Positions 41,607 through 53,976 are shown, numbered from the whole stretch's first letter. The stretch: 62,570 bases of DNA, filler included, from 14 parts of 14 records of this genome joined end to end with filler, not necessarily neighbours in it; one strand, 5' to 3'. The notes: a model not told the origin generated them from the sequence alone. Numbers and translations: made by a program.

Positions 41607-42827
41607 ATGGGTATGGGTATGGGTATGGGTATGATGTCCACTCTCACTCCTTACCCGCTGACCTCGCGCTCGAGCCCTATCCCCCAAAATATCACCGCAG
41701 TGTCTGATACTCTCGGTGGAAGTAGTAGTGGCAATAGTGGGTCTGTTGCTGCCAATCTGAATTCGAACTCGACGCTTGCAGACAGTTCTACCCTGCCACA
41801 TACCCATACCCATACTCATGCTCATACTTCCGCTCGATCTCATGATGATACGTCCAATGGTAGCATTATGTCTCAGAGCGAGAATGTAGTCGCTAATAAT
41901 GCCTCTGTGACTGCAAAGATATCTGAATCTGTCTCCAGTGTTCATGAAAGGTCTTCATATGCCCCGTCGTCTTCGAATATTCTCTCACAAAGTTCACAGG
42001 CACCTCTATCCTCGACCCAGACAACACAGTTGGGCACCTCACCACAGCACTTGGCTGATATCACCTCCCCTGCTTCGGTATCTACCTATGCCAACGCCGT
42101 GTCAGCCTCTCAGGATGATACTCAGCTTGATTCTGACTCGCATGCACACGTTTTTAATAGGTCTTCCCATGATATTGATGTCCGTTCAACTGCGGCGATT
42201 GAGACTGACAATTCACCCAATCAGTCCACCCACACGCCTACCGACACACTCCCGATCATCTCCATCTCTGGCTCCACGACATCTATCTCGCCCCCTCCCA
42301 TGCTCCCCTACGGCTATGCCGATTCAGAAGTAACCCATAATTACTCTACCCATAATAATAATGACGATGATGATAGCATTCCGCCCTTTGCAAGCGCAAT
42401 TTCTCCCCACATGCTTCACACACCACAGCCACAAACCATCACCATACCTAAGCCTCTCACAGCAACTCCTCTCACCAATCATCACACATACATCACAAGC
42501 CATCTTCCATTAGCGCATCATCATCATCATCATGACCTCTCGAACAGCAGCTACACATCCTCACCCGACCAGTCTCCTCAAAGCATGCCCTCATCAACAC
42601 TTTCTCAGCCGCTGCAGTCCTCGTCCATGATGGCTTCATCTCTTCACGACTCTGATCCTAGCAGCAGCCCAGCATCGAAATCTCCAAGTCTCTCAGGCAC
42701 CCATGAGGGTCATGAAGCGGTGGGCTCGAGGAGAGGGGTGCAAGAGGCAATCTACTCGTTGAACGATGCGATCGCAGGTCTGTCTCTCGCCGCGTCCACC
42801 ACTGACTTGACCCAGCACACTCCCTGA
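41607..42827 (+). CDS. Ser/Thr/His-rich low-complexity terminal exon of an unidentified gene (5' truncated at contig start)
   Basis: 406-codon open frame from the contig edge, which begins in an (ATGGGT)n microsatellite, to TGA. No recognisable domain. Confidence 0.6.
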   Translation: MGMGMGMGMMSTLTPYPLTSRSSPIPQNITAVSDTLGGSSSGNSGSVAANLNSNSTLADSSTLPHTHTHTHAHTSARSHDDTSNGSIMSQSENVVANNASVTAKISESVSSVHERSSYAPSSSNILSQSSQAPLSSTQTTQLGTSPQHLADITSPASVSTYANAVSASQDDTQLDSDSHAHVFNRSSHDIDVRSTAAIETDNSPNQSTHTPTDTLPIISISGSTTSISPPPMLPYGYADSEVTHNYSTHNNNDDDDSIPPFASAISPHMLHTPQPQTITIPKPLTATPLTNHHTYITSHLPLAHHHHHHDLSNSSYTSSPDQSPQSMPSSTLSQPLQSSSMMASSLHDSDPSSSPASKSPSLSGTHEGHEAVGSRRGVQEAIYSLNDAIAGLSLAASTTDLTQHTP

Positions 42828-43165
42828 AAACCGAAGGGTACTGGTGTTCGGGAGAGCGGTGTAGGTGTGGGTAGAGGGGAGGTGTGCAAATCGCAATCAA
42901 ATCTCTAAATGATGCGATTGTAGGGCTGGCTCTCCCCGCGTCCCCACTGATTTGGCTCAGCACACTCCGTGAAAAAGCACGACCATAACGTCCTCCTCCC
43001 TTCAGGACACTGACCCTTGAACCAGCCCAGCAGCCAAATCCTCAAGTGTCTCTTTCATGCATGCATGAAAGTGTGTGGGGGGTACTGACGTTCGGGGGAG
43101 TGGTGTGGATGTTCGTTTCGAGGAGAGGGGTGCAAGAGGCAACTTGCTCCTCTGAACGATCTAAT
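42726..43165 (+). repeat. Three degenerate tandem copies of the end of the preceding ORF
   Basis: TCGAGGAGAGGGGTGCAAGAGGCAA is identical at 42726-42750 and 43118-43142. A diverged middle copy at about 42874-42976 includes CAGCACACTCC.TGAAAA. Confidence 0.85.
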
Positions 43166-44775
43166 TGTTGACTGTCACGCCATTGACTTGGCCCCATCAT
43201 ACCTCATAAAGAAATAGCGAGGAGCTGTATATACCTCCCAACACATTGGGTGAATTGGGTGCTGGTGTGGGTGTGGGTGGGCGTCATGTGGGTAGTCTGA
43301 TTCGTTCCTTACTGTTCTGCAGGATATCTGCATGAAATGGTTATCACAGGCGTTGTCCCCATAACTTCCCCTCCAAAGTTCCTCGGCAGTTTTGCAGACC
43401 CTCGGCTGAACCAGTCCGGTTTAGCAGAGCAGCTCTGGGGGTGCTTGCGTGGAACTGACGTGAACTCTCCCCCCCTCTCACTTTCTCTGTGTGTATGGGT
43501 ATGTGGTGTGCTTCTCTCACTCGCCTCAGCCTTGTTCGTATACCACTGACGTGATCTAGCACACTTCATGAAGTCATGAAAGATAGAGATTGTAGCTTCA
43601 TAGTGGCCTGAGATGTTATTTTCGATGTTATTTTCGCCGTCTTCGTGGTCTTCTTTTACCTCCATCTTTTTCTTTGTCATCTAGCTCATGTTCTCGTTCG
43701 TTCTGCTTTTTTTTCTACACCCTGGTGGTTTATTAAGCAAGCAACTGATTGCCAGCATAATGATTCTTTTTTTTCATTTCCATTAAGGGATAATTGTGTA
43801 TTATATTCTGTCAATAAACATTTTTTATTCTCGTATTTACTCTTCTTCGTTACTTGTCCCCCCGACAAGTAGACGAATTTGTGTTCAAAAAAAAATAACA
43901 GAAAGGAGGAACAAGGTGGTAAGGAGAGACGAATGAAAATCCTGATGAATATCCAATCCATCATGCATCCGAAAGGTCAATTAATTGAATTTGAATCAGT
44001 CTAACGCAAGGGTGAAACAGCTTCGAGATAGTACTGACTGAGGTACGAGGTGGAGACATTCAAATCGCTTTATTGTCCGATGTGATGAGAGGCAGGAGAC
44101 TGAAGAGGATCACCAGGTGCAGTTCTTCGGTGAATATGACGTAATATGATAATTCACGAGCATTCACGAGGAAGGCGTGTCCTGAAGAATAAAGCTAGAC
44201 TTGGCTACACTTTCGAAAAATAAATGTGGGAGTGCGTGTGGGAATATGAAACCCTCGCGCCCATGGGAATATGTCAATCGGCGATATTATGAGAAACAAG
44301 AAACATAAAAAATCATTTAGAACGACAGCAAACCAGAAGAGAAAATTAATTAGGAAACAGTGATATCCTTTGATAGAGGACAAAAGTGATGATGAAGGGG
44401 CAAATACGAAAAAACGCAAAGAGAAAAAATCCGTTCAGAATTGAAATGGAAGTAGAATATAATGATCATAAAATGATCCTACGGTATAATGACCAAAGAG
44501 GGAAAAAATAAAATAACAATACAATGGTTAGAGTGGATATGAATCATGCTGGATGTGTCATGGGACAAGGTCTATAATAGTGATGTAATAGTGTGTGTGA
44601 TAGTCCGTGATCGTGCAAATGTGTCGTGGTGGGTAGGTAATTGGGGTGGTCAGATTCGAAATCTTGCTCAAAGTCTGTTTTTCGAACAGGAGGAGAAAAT
44701 ATTTGCAGTGGCAAGTGGACGATGAAGTATAAAAAAGATGGATATGCAGCAGCATGGTTTGAGTGTGATCTTCGA

Positions 44776-46824
44776 TTACATGACAGTACATTTCGCAGGT
44801 GTATTGAGTTTCAGAATCCTTGCCTTTGTGCTCGGGAGAACAGGTTCGGACCCAGGCAGATAGAGCATGGTGAGATAATTCAAAGGAATAATGTCTAAGA
44901 TGTTGCCAGCATAGTTGGGGTCACTCTTGTCATGATAGAAGAGATCAAACACTTGCGAACTGACTTTCTTCTTCTTCCAGAAGGAAGCATTCTGCATGAG
45001 TGCGCAGCACAGGGTGAAAAACTTCAAAAAAGCAGCTTGCAACTTATCGACATCAGACACTATATGCACTTGTCTCACATTCACTTCCTGGCCCACTGAT
45101 GTGACGGGTCGCAAGGAAGGGAAATCACACATCACTTTGAGTACGCGGCACCAGCTCTGCAGCAAGGTCAGGACGAGCGTGTCGTCTGTCGCCCTCGGTT
45201 TCATAGATGTGACAAATTGGATGGCACGGTATGTGAAGGAGAGATCGCAGCGCTTTAAAAGTGTATTGAACAAGCTGATTTGATGATAGAGCCCAGCGAG
45301 CTCGATAGGTTTGAAAAAGAGGAATCTCAGATCATCTTCTGTTTGCAGTGCTGGCATGAGGGGATAATTCGAGGGGAAGAAATCCAAAATGCGATGCACG
45401 AGTCGCATCGGAGGATCAGATTTAATGACTGCATGCAGTGCTTTCAGCAGTTTCTTCAGCTCTCCTTCGCTTAGTCTGGTCGGGGGGTATCTCCGAGAGG
45501 CCATAGAGAGACCATCGAGGAGCGGTAGCAATGCTGATGGTTGGTGGGCTGCATCAGAGAGCGCGGATTCCAGAGAAATGTGAGCTGAAGGGGCCAGAAC
45601 GTAGGCAAAGAGTGTTTTGAGATCAAGAGAGCTAAGGAGCGGGATAATCAGATGATGCTCTGTGGGATGTGAGCAGAGACGTCGCAGGAAAGTCTCACCA
45701 CGCTTGCCTTGGAGCAGAATGACTCGCTGTCTTGATGCTGGATCAAGAGTCTCAAGAGCCTTTAAAAGCAATTCAGCACCCAGAGCCGCTGAATCGCAGT
45801 CCATAGGAGGATATATAAGCCTCGGAGTGCACATCAAAGCAGTCAAGCCAGCTTTGTTTTGCTGATGGAAGTACAGCCGTTGCTTGTTCATATCAAATTC
45901 GCGGATCTTTCTCAGGAGCGTTTCCAGGCCCAATATGCTCCAAGACATTGCTGCATGCATCAAGGCAGACATTCCAAAGCTGTCTTGCTGAAGAATGAAT
46001 GTTGCGAGATCAATGCCAAGCTGGGTCATCCGTTCAAAATAAAGTTCTATCCGACTGGAATCACCATGAGACATAACTGCATACATCAGAATAGTTTTCC
46101 CTTCATTGTCCCGATGAAGGAAGCACACTTTTTGCAGGTTCACATCAAATTCAAGGATCTTATTCAGGAGTGCTTTCAGATTGGAGTCATGAGAGTGGCC
46201 ATTTGATGCTGCGCGCATCAAAGCAGTCAGTCCACGCTTGTCCGGCCGAAGAATGTGGGCTTGAAGTGCGTTTCGAGGCATACCAAGGTGAATCATTCTT
46301 TCAAAAAGAGTCTCCATCAGCCCGGGGCTACCAGGTGCATCAGCTACATACATCAGAACAGTTCTCCCTCCGCTATCTTGCTGTATCAAGCATTTTCGTT
46401 GCGTATTCACAGCAAAGGTTGTGACCACATCAAGTAGAAGTTTCACAATGTCGCCTTTCCTCTCATAGCAGTGGCATGCATACATCAAAACAGATTTCCC
46501 AAGATTGTCTTGCTGAAGAAAGCAAGCTTCAAGTGTGTGAGTCTCGATACTAAGATCTCCCCTCATTCTTTCAAGAAGGAGTTTCGTCAGCTCGAAGCTA
46601 CCGGTAGCGTACATTAACACAGATTTCCCTTGTGGATCTTGTTGAAGAAAAGCTGCGCGTCTTGCTTGCAGATCGAGAAAGTGCATCTGGTCAAGCAGAG
46701 CGCAGGTTGTGGTTTTGTATTTGGATTCAAGCGCACGCATTAGTGGTGTCTTTCCATTAATGTTCAGGAGAGTGATATTATCAAGCAGAGCATGATCAGC
46801 GTCTCGAGAGGGCAAGAGAGACAT
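44776..46824 (-). CDS. Intronless ankyrin-repeat protein (682 aa)
   Basis: About 8-9 repeats of the form (Q)QDxxGKS/TVLMYA or GLTALMRA, separated by long helical linkers, then an unknown helical C-terminal region. Single uninterrupted ORF. Confidence 0.85.
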   Translation of the reverse strand: MSLLPSRDADHALLDNITLLNINGKTPLMRALESKYKTTTCALLDQMHFLDLQARRAAFLQQDPQGKSVLMYATGSFELTKLLLERMRGDLSIETHTLEACFLQQDNLGKSVLMYACHCYERKGDIVKLLLDVVTTFAVNTQRKCLIQQDSGGRTVLMYVADAPGSPGLMETLFERMIHLGMPRNALQAHILRPDKRGLTALMRAASNGHSHDSNLKALLNKILEFDVNLQKVCFLHRDNEGKTILMYAVMSHGDSSRIELYFERMTQLGIDLATFILQQDSFGMSALMHAAMSWSILGLETLLRKIREFDMNKQRLYFHQQNKAGLTALMCTPRLIYPPMDCDSAALGAELLLKALETLDPASRQRVILLQGKRGETFLRRLCSHPTEHHLIIPLLSSLDLKTLFAYVLAPSAHISLESALSDAAHQPSALLPLLDGLSMASRRYPPTRLSEGELKKLLKALHAVIKSDPPMRLVHRILDFFPSNYPLMPALQTEDDLRFLFFKPIELAGLYHQISLFNTLLKRCDLSFTYRAIQFVTSMKPRATDDTLVLTLLQSWCRVLKVMCDFPSLRPVTSVGQEVNVRQVHIVSDVDKLQAAFLKFFTLCCALMQNASFWKKKKVSSQVFDLFYHDKSDPNYAGNILDIIPLNYLTMLYLPGSEPVLPSTKARILKLNTPAKCTVM

Positions 46825-47086
46825 GAATTGACAATTGACAATTGAAGAGAAGGTGAAGAGCTTTTTGATTTCACAAGTTTCAAGCTTTGCTTAGAGCTAT
46901 CAAAAACAGAAACAGAGACAGAAACCAGAAACGAGAAACCAGAAACCTTGACCTACCTGATGGAAACCACAACGAAATGAATCTCCAAGGAATAAAAGGA
47001 ATGCGAGAGAAGCTGGTGCCACAAAGAGGTTGTCAAAATTTCCCACCCCGAGCAGTTGATGTGGTAATTACCGAGTGAATTTCACA

Positions 47087-47743
47087 ATGCCAGGTGCAAT
47101 TGGACGTATGGTATGGAGGGCATTACGCCCCATCTGCCCTCTCTCACAACCGTTCCGGTCACTGTACCCACATCGGACATTTGCTCAAAAAATTGATCCC
47201 AATGCTCATTCACAAGGCCAGGAACGAGGAGGAGTTCGCAGTCCTCTTCGCCATGTGATCAAGACTCGCCATACATTTCCTGATCATAGTAGCGACGACA
47301 ACTCCGCTGTCGATTCTCTTGCAAATCATGTGGATCAGCTCATCAAAATGCGCTCGAGCCCTCTAGGAGACAGTGTACCTCGAATCATTGTCCAAAGTAT
47401 TCTTGAAGAATATCAGACACTTCATTTTTCTGCTCGTTTGCGATTCCTTGAGACTCTAGCCACCAATTTCACCGTTGATGTGGATGTGATAGAAAAAGCG
47501 GTCAAAGCGCGGGAATCGGATTCTTTCCAAAGCAAGGACTATGTTTTGCGAGCCACATATGACCGTCAGCTGCGGGATTCTCTAACACCCCTCTATGAAC
47601 TTGCCTTTCAGCAGATTCATATCCATCCACATGGGATTCATTTTTTGGTGGACCTCAGGGGGGATATGTTACATTTTATTTCCAAGGGAGAAGCCTCTGA
47701 GAATGTGAAAGTGATGGATGACAATCTCAAAAGGATGCTTGAG
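47087..47743 (+). CDS. MLYCD: Malonyl-CoA decarboxylase, first exon (N-terminal domain with mitochondrial-type presequence)
   Basis: Arg-rich presequence, RLRFLETLATNF, LRDSLTPLYELAFQQIHIHPHGIHFLVDLRGDML, MDDNLKRMLE, then a GT donor at 47744. Confidence 0.85.
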
Positions 47744-48526
47744 GTTGGTGCATCCATACATGCTCTTACATCATTTGCTCCTCTCTTCCTTTCCCACACA
47801 ACCCTGCTGTTGGATATCGAACGCTCCTCGGCCAATCTTTTCCTTCTCGATGCATTTTGACCTTCCAACCAAGTATTCTCTATTTCTCATATGACACCGC
47901 TCATTTCCAATCCCACATTCCCATTTTCATACCGCAATTCATCTCTCCTTGTCTGAATATAAATCATAATCAATCATCTTCTCTTCACTCATTTTTCACT
48001 GATGCATTCAGTTCTCGATATCTATATATCTCAATATTGAGCCTGTATCATTGTTGTAGATTCAATCGGAATTTACCTGATACTCATCACCTATGTTTAC
48101 AACCGAAAAATTCCCTATTCCATTTCAGTCCTGAACTTATCCATGGTGACCTGATGTTCGAAGAGAGACTCTAAGGACGATTTTCAGACTGGGGCAATAC
48201 GGGTCTATTAAGAGATAATGATTTTGAACCTTTATGAACGTATTTAGATATCGACGATGCGCGAGAGTCCAGAGGGTTGGAGCAAAGCATGCTCCTAACC
48301 TGAAGGGTTCAAGACTTTTCAACCATCCTGAATAACTGTTAGACCATCGCTCCTTGTAGGTTAAGATGACCTCTGACTTCGATCCTTCGTGACCATAACA
48401 TGGTAGATAGAGCTTGCTCAGCGAAANNNNNNNNNNNNNNNNNNNNNNNNNNNNNNNNNNNNNNNNNNNNTTAATTAATTAANNNNNNNNNNNNNNNNNN
48501 NNNNNNNNNNNNNNNNNNNNNNNNNN

Positions 48527-49028
48527 GCTGAATGCTCTGGAAATCCTCAAGAGCGACCATCTTTTTCATGATCTCGAGAGGAACTTTGAGAAATTTGGAA
48601 CAAACCAGATCCAAAGGGCGTCGGTTGCGGCGATCGGAGAGAGTGAGATCGGCACCATTTTGGCATAGGAATGTGATCATATCGATGTGTTCGCCAAGAA
48701 TCGCAGTAAATAAGGGAGTATAGCCCTCGGAGCTTGTGCGAATATTGATGTCAAAATCAGGCAAATTCGCTAGCATAACTGTTTTGAAGGCATCAACATC
48801 ACCACAAGCTGCGATGTAATGTAGTGGGGAGTATAGCTCATCCCCAGATTCAATAGAATTGATGCCACCTGTGAGGAACTTTTCCTGTTCTTTGGGCTTC
48901 AAGGGACACTTCTGTGCCAAAATGCATGCGAGCCAATCGGGACGAAATTCCTTCTTCTTTCGGTAGGATGTAGTCATGGTGAATTGGGGGCTCGCGGCAA
49001 TGAAAGCTGGCTTAGATAGGGCCAACAT
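48527..49028 (-). CDS. Ankyrin-repeat protein, 5' part (likely start MTTSY at 48978)
   Basis: YSPLHYIAACGDVDAFK, DINIRTSSEGYTPLFTAILGEHIDMITFLCQNGADLTLSDRRNRRPLDL. Confidence 0.85.
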
Positions 49029-49997
49029 TCGAGCAGCAGCAGCTGAAAGGATCGGTTTGGGAGCGGCCTATCGGGAAAATCACAAATATATTCCGTCAAT
49101 TAGTTCCTGATTGAAAGTGGTTTGGATAGGCCGAAAAAAGCAGCAGCAACTGAAAGAAAGCGATCTAATAGGAAAGGAAAGCTCATGAATTACCATAATC
49201 ATTGTCTATCAATATCAATATTAAAATAGATCAACGATGGCTAAAACAGGATTTATCCAGCCAATTCGTTCCTGATCGATGAAAGGGGTTTGGATGGTAG
49301 CCTGCTACCGAATGGATTGGTTGAGGAGGGCCCTAGGTCAGAGATACAAGGTAGTCCGACAGGTTAACATGAAATGGCCCTCCAGGGTGAATCTGAGAAA
49401 ATGGTCCAGACCCGAAACGATTTTAGCGAGGACGAATTGGCTTAATATTGAGGATGGATCGAGAGCAATCATACAGTTATATTCACATAGATGAAGATAA
49501 TTGGATGATTACGAGCGAGTATCGTGTACCTGTTGCTGATCGACATCTTGCTGCTCGTTTTGAAAAGATGTGACGTCCTCTTGGACCACACCACTCTCCC
49601 AGCCATTTACAGTCGTGGACTCTGACCAGTCCATCGCTTGGAATTAAGAAGAGAAGGGGATTTGTTGTTATCGCGTTGTGTTGTGTTTTGGGTTCGGGGG
49701 AAAGTCGCGATTTTGTCAACCTTCCATATTTTGTGGTAATCGGATACCCCGACAAGCCGACGGTCTGCTGTCAGAGAAAAGCGAAAACCATTTGAGGATT
49801 TGCATTGTTCTCGAGAAGATACATGAGAAACTTGGTCAACAGCACTCAAATGAACAAAAACAAGAAAGTGGTGAAATTCTGCATTGTTTAGATATACTGC
49901 TCGAGCTGGCATATGTTTATAAATAAAGTTATGGCTTCAGGGACAGAGCCCGAAGACTAACGAATAACTCTCGAATCACAAAAATTCCCAGTCTGCC

Positions 49998-50514
49998 ATG
50001 TCCGAGTCATGGGTACCAGACGACCATGTTTTGGCATGCCAATGTTGCGAATCTCAAGTATGACATTTCTTCTATCTTTATTTTTGGTTTTCCCCGGAAT
50101 CTCATGCTTTCTTCGCTGTAGTTTTCTGTCATGCGTCGGAAGCATCATTGCCGAAGGTTAGTTCGACCTCAAAATGTCATCGCATTCACTTATTTTTCTT
50201 ATTTTTGTATAGATGCGGTAGAGTTGTATGCAAGGAATGCTCCCCGCATCGTGTGAGCTTGAAACCACAAACCGTTCAAGTCGATGGAGATACCGGCACT
50301 ATGTGTCTTCCTCTGGGCGGCTCACTAGGAGAGGATAACCTCAGGTACAATATTAGTAGCGCAATGATATTAGATTCGAGAGGATTTACTTCAATTCTTC
50401 TTCTCTGTTTATGAACATGATAGTGATGCACGAGTGTGTGAATCATGTCTGTCGGATATTCAGGCGGAACTTGACTTCACCCCTGAAGAGAAAGCACAAG
50501 CCTCGCACCTCGCG
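49998..50514 (+). CDS. Protein with N-terminal FYVE zinc finger, 5' part; exons 49998-50057, 50122-50156, 50213-50344, 50424-50514
   Basis: Spliced: MSESWVPDDHVLACQCCESQ|FSVMRRKHHCR|RCGRVVCKECSPHRVSL...|DARVCESCLSDI. WxxD, RKHHCR and RVC motifs are all present. Confidence 0.88.
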
Positions 50515-50616
50515 GTATGATATGATCCCATTGTGGCTCGCATATACTCAACAATTTCCACACCTCTTGTGGAGTTCGAGAACAATAGTTCTGAATGTCA
50601 GCTTCATGTTCACTCT

Positions 50617-50712
50617 GAAGTACAAGCTCGGGAAAAAGAAAAAAAAACTGAATTTTTTATTCTCCCGAGTTTGGACTTCCTCCAGTTTTTTTTTTTCCCG
50701 AGCTTGTACTTC
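50617..50712. repeat. Inverted/sub-repeated A-rich element, related to 5882-5903
   Basis: GAAGTACAAGCTCGGGAAAAAG...AAAACTG (50617-50650) with inverted copies at 50653-50679 and 50683-50712. GAAATACAAGCTCGGGGGAAAA occurs on another contig at 5882-5903. Confidence 0.7.
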
Positions 50713-51542
50713 TCCTTTCCAGGCACCAGTCATTTTTTTTAGCCACTCTGAGTTTGAGAAGAATGCAGGCTAGGACCCTGTGCAGTTTGNNNNNNNNNNN
50801 NNNNNNNNNNNNNNNNNNNNNNNNNNNNNNNNNTTAATTAATTAANNNNNNNNNNNNNNNNNNNNNNNNNNNNNNNNNNNNNNNNNNNNAGAAGAATCAA
50901 ACGGTCGAATGTTGATTTTTTTTAATTCAACCGTTGTAGCAGATGAGCAACTACGCATGGAACATGGAGCAAGAAAATCAAACACGATATAATGAGAGGA
51001 AAAGTGTATCACAGAACTGACTGTGACTGCGATGGAGGCGAAATAGGGGGGGGGGGGGGGGCACAGACAAAACCACTCTCAAGAAAAGAGCAATAGGAGG
51101 GGTTCAACAATGAAAAATGTAGGACATGAGTGCAAACTTCTCAGGATAATAAAATACATACAGTCGACCCTCTCTCCTGACACTTGGTCTGACACAGTGT
51201 GCAAAAGTTCGGGAAGACGCTTCTGGGAGGCAAAATTGGATTATGGAAAAGTGCGACGAGAAGATCGTTGAAAAAATGCTGTAAGATGTTTCGTATCGAG
51301 AAAGGGGGGGGGTGTTGGAACAAAGAAATTATCCAGGGGGGAAAAATGTACAGGAAGTGAGGATCGACTGACTGTCGCAATGAACATCATTCTGATTCTC
51401 CTGCTGGTGATGACGCAGTGCGCCTTTCTTATGGTCACACATAGCGCGCTCCCCCCCCCCCAAAAAAAATACTCTGAGTATTATGTAACATGGACCACAG
51501 GACGAACCAGTCACGCGCGTCACAAGCAATCCAAATAGAACA

Positions 51543-51643
51543 AACAGTTGCAAACTGGGGGGAAAAATTCAGAGGTTGCGAAGATATTTTTTCTTTCGTG
51601 AAAATTTCAAAAAAAACACTTTCCCCCACAGTTTGCAATTGTT
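51543..51643. mobile_element. Short foldback element, family C, related to 5938-5991
   Basis: TIR-like AACAGTTGCAAACTGGGGGGAAA / TTTCCCCCACAGTTTGCAATTGTT. Internal AAAATTCAGAGGTTGC (51564-51579) is the exact reverse complement of 5957-5972 on another contig. Confidence 0.6.
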
Positions 51644-51914
51644 CTAATGGCAAAAGTAAATGAAACACACAACCTGTGCATGAATGGGAGGTCAGGAGTG
51701 GGGGTGAGTGGTGGGGTGGGATGAGATGGGGGATACAAACCACATCCCTGAGATCTTGATAACGGGGATTGCATCTAGATTACAACCCCCTGTCACAAGC
51801 CCCCGGCTTCCCAAAAACCCAACAAAAGTGATAGCGACCGTGAAAATCGATGGGGAGATTGATTGCAACAATGTGGTCTAATTGTTGTTGCGCTCTGCTG
51901 CTGGTTTGGAAAAC

Positions 51915-52339
51915 CTAGTTCTCGCCCCCTTCATCGTCATCTTCATACCACTCATCGTCATTCTCATCATAGTCAGCGTCCCTCGTTTGGCCATTATTAT
52001 TCGAACTCTTATCGTTCTGCTTTGCATTTCTCGAGGAATTTTCCCGCGCCTGCTGCTTCAGATCTTTGCTACGCATAGGCTTGCCATAGCACCGGTGGGA
52101 GAGATCCACTCTCAGCCTGTCAGAAAACGGTATTGTTCTGGAGGAAGGCGGTGTATTCCCTGTGTTAGTGACGTCCGGCAATTCTGTCGGGACAATGCAC
52201 CGTTCCGGGATAGGAATAGAGGGTAGTCCGATGTCCGGGCTCTGTGATGACCCAGGCTGGTCTATGAGGAATACTGGTGCCGCGGGAGTCAGGGCAAGGT
52301 GCTGTAGGTTGATCATGGTAGTATACAGGGAATTATTGG
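51915..52339 (-). CDS. Terminal exon of an unidentified gene with acidic tail (probable upstream exon at about 52798-52724)
   Basis: Polypyrimidine tract + CAG acceptor at 52340-52342, then an open frame to TAG ending DADYDENDDEWYEDDDEGGEN. Confidence 0.5.
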
Positions 52340-52449
52340 CTGCAGCCTTGCGCTTTTCCTTTTCCTGTGAGGGATACAGAGAGAGGGAGAGAGAGAAGGA
52401 GATAGGGATAGATGAGAAAAAAATGATATTACATGGATGATTCGGTTCA

Positions 52450-52660
52450 GCGTCAAGAAAAAACGCTCAACGTTTTCAACGTTTGAAACGTGTAAGAACG
52501 TAAAAAAGATGTTTGTCAACAGTTGAACCGTTTCACAACGCCTTTCAACGCGTCTCAAAGTTTTTGCACTCGTTAGAAAACGGTTGAAAAACGTCGAAAA
52601 AACTTTGAAAAGCGTTGAAAAACGTTACGCGTTTCCCCCTGATGTAACGTTTTCCTGATG
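52450..52660. mobile_element. AACG/CGTT-rich foldback/MITE-like element, family B
   Basis: Ends GCGTCAAGAAAAAACG ... CGTTTTCCTGATG (right end duplicated). Core ACGTGTAAGAACGTAAAAAAGATGTTTGTCAAC is shared with 57123-57155. Confidence 0.65.
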
Positions 52661-53976
52661 TAACATTTTTGCTGTTGGTCGTTAGTCCAAACTAGCTAGG
52701 GTAGAGCCAGGAGAACGTCATACCAGACCTCCATTGTTTACGGCAATTATTGCACTTGATTCTCTGTCGCCGCTGTTCCGCTCTATCAATGTTGGAGCCT
52801 GATCCCCATAAACAACAATGAATGATGATGATGCTAAGCAACACAAAAAACTTGCAGGGAATCAATCGTCTTGATCCGAATCGTGCTGTTGTGGCTTGAT
52901 ATCGATTTCAGTTCTTCATGATTTGGTTAGATCTATGTAAAAAGAAATAGTTATTTGAATGATGATAATCAATCGAATCAAGAACTTCTAATTTCCGTGT
53001 CCGAGAGGAAGTGGAGAAGTGGAGAAATTTTGTNNNNNNNNNNNNNNNNNNNNNNNNNNNNNNNNNNNNNNNNNNNNTTAATTAATTAANNNNNNNNNNN
53101 NNNNNNNNNNNNNNNNNNNNNNNNNNNNNNNNNAGGTCGTCGGGAAGTGATCGGGATGAAGGGGAAGAGGAGGGAAGGGGAAGGCAAGGGGAAGGCAAGG
53201 GGATCTAACCACCGCGAGTCCTTCTCGTATGCAAGGCATTCGCAGGATATACATCATTTCTCCAATGCAGGACCTCAGTGGCCACACACACAAAACAAAC
53301 TCTCACATGTGGGCCACCGTAAATCAAAGCCGATCATAACCTTGTTTAGCGTTAGTTCCACCCAGGTTTGGGGGCCGCGACCCCGAAACCCCCTTTTGAC
53401 TCAGTTGGTTTTGATTTACTGTGACCCATCTCTCTTCACACCGCATGAAGCACATCATCCCGTTGCCTATTTTCTTCGGTTTTCAGTCTCTTCTTGTTGT
53501 TCACTCTCTCTGCTTTCTTTTTTTGCCTCCATCCAACACACGAGTCAGTGGAAGGACAAGCCAACCTTAGACGTCTCAAGTTTTTCTTCGAATGGTTCCT
53601 TTTGTAGCCCTGGAGAATCGATCAAAAGGAGAACAATGAACAAATAATTTGGGAATGCCGTTTTCCTTCTCCGAGCGATGTAGCGTACTGTCTTGTTCTT
53701 CTTTTGCTGCTCTTTCGATCCTTCTGCAGGTTCTCCCGGCATGAGTGTATGAGACAAATAAATCAAGAATGAGTCGCATTCGAACACGAAACAAGACTTT
53801 CCTTCTTGACTGAGTTATCGGAGAGAGTGGTTTTGTGTGTGTGTGGTCACGTGGCACAGTGAACATCAAATCCAATGTTAGCCATTCCCTGTCACGATAT
53901 TTTGCTCTTCTGTTAGATTCAGTTTTTTTCATGACTAATGTCATTGTGCGTCTGTGTGGTTTTTTGTGTGCCCAAG

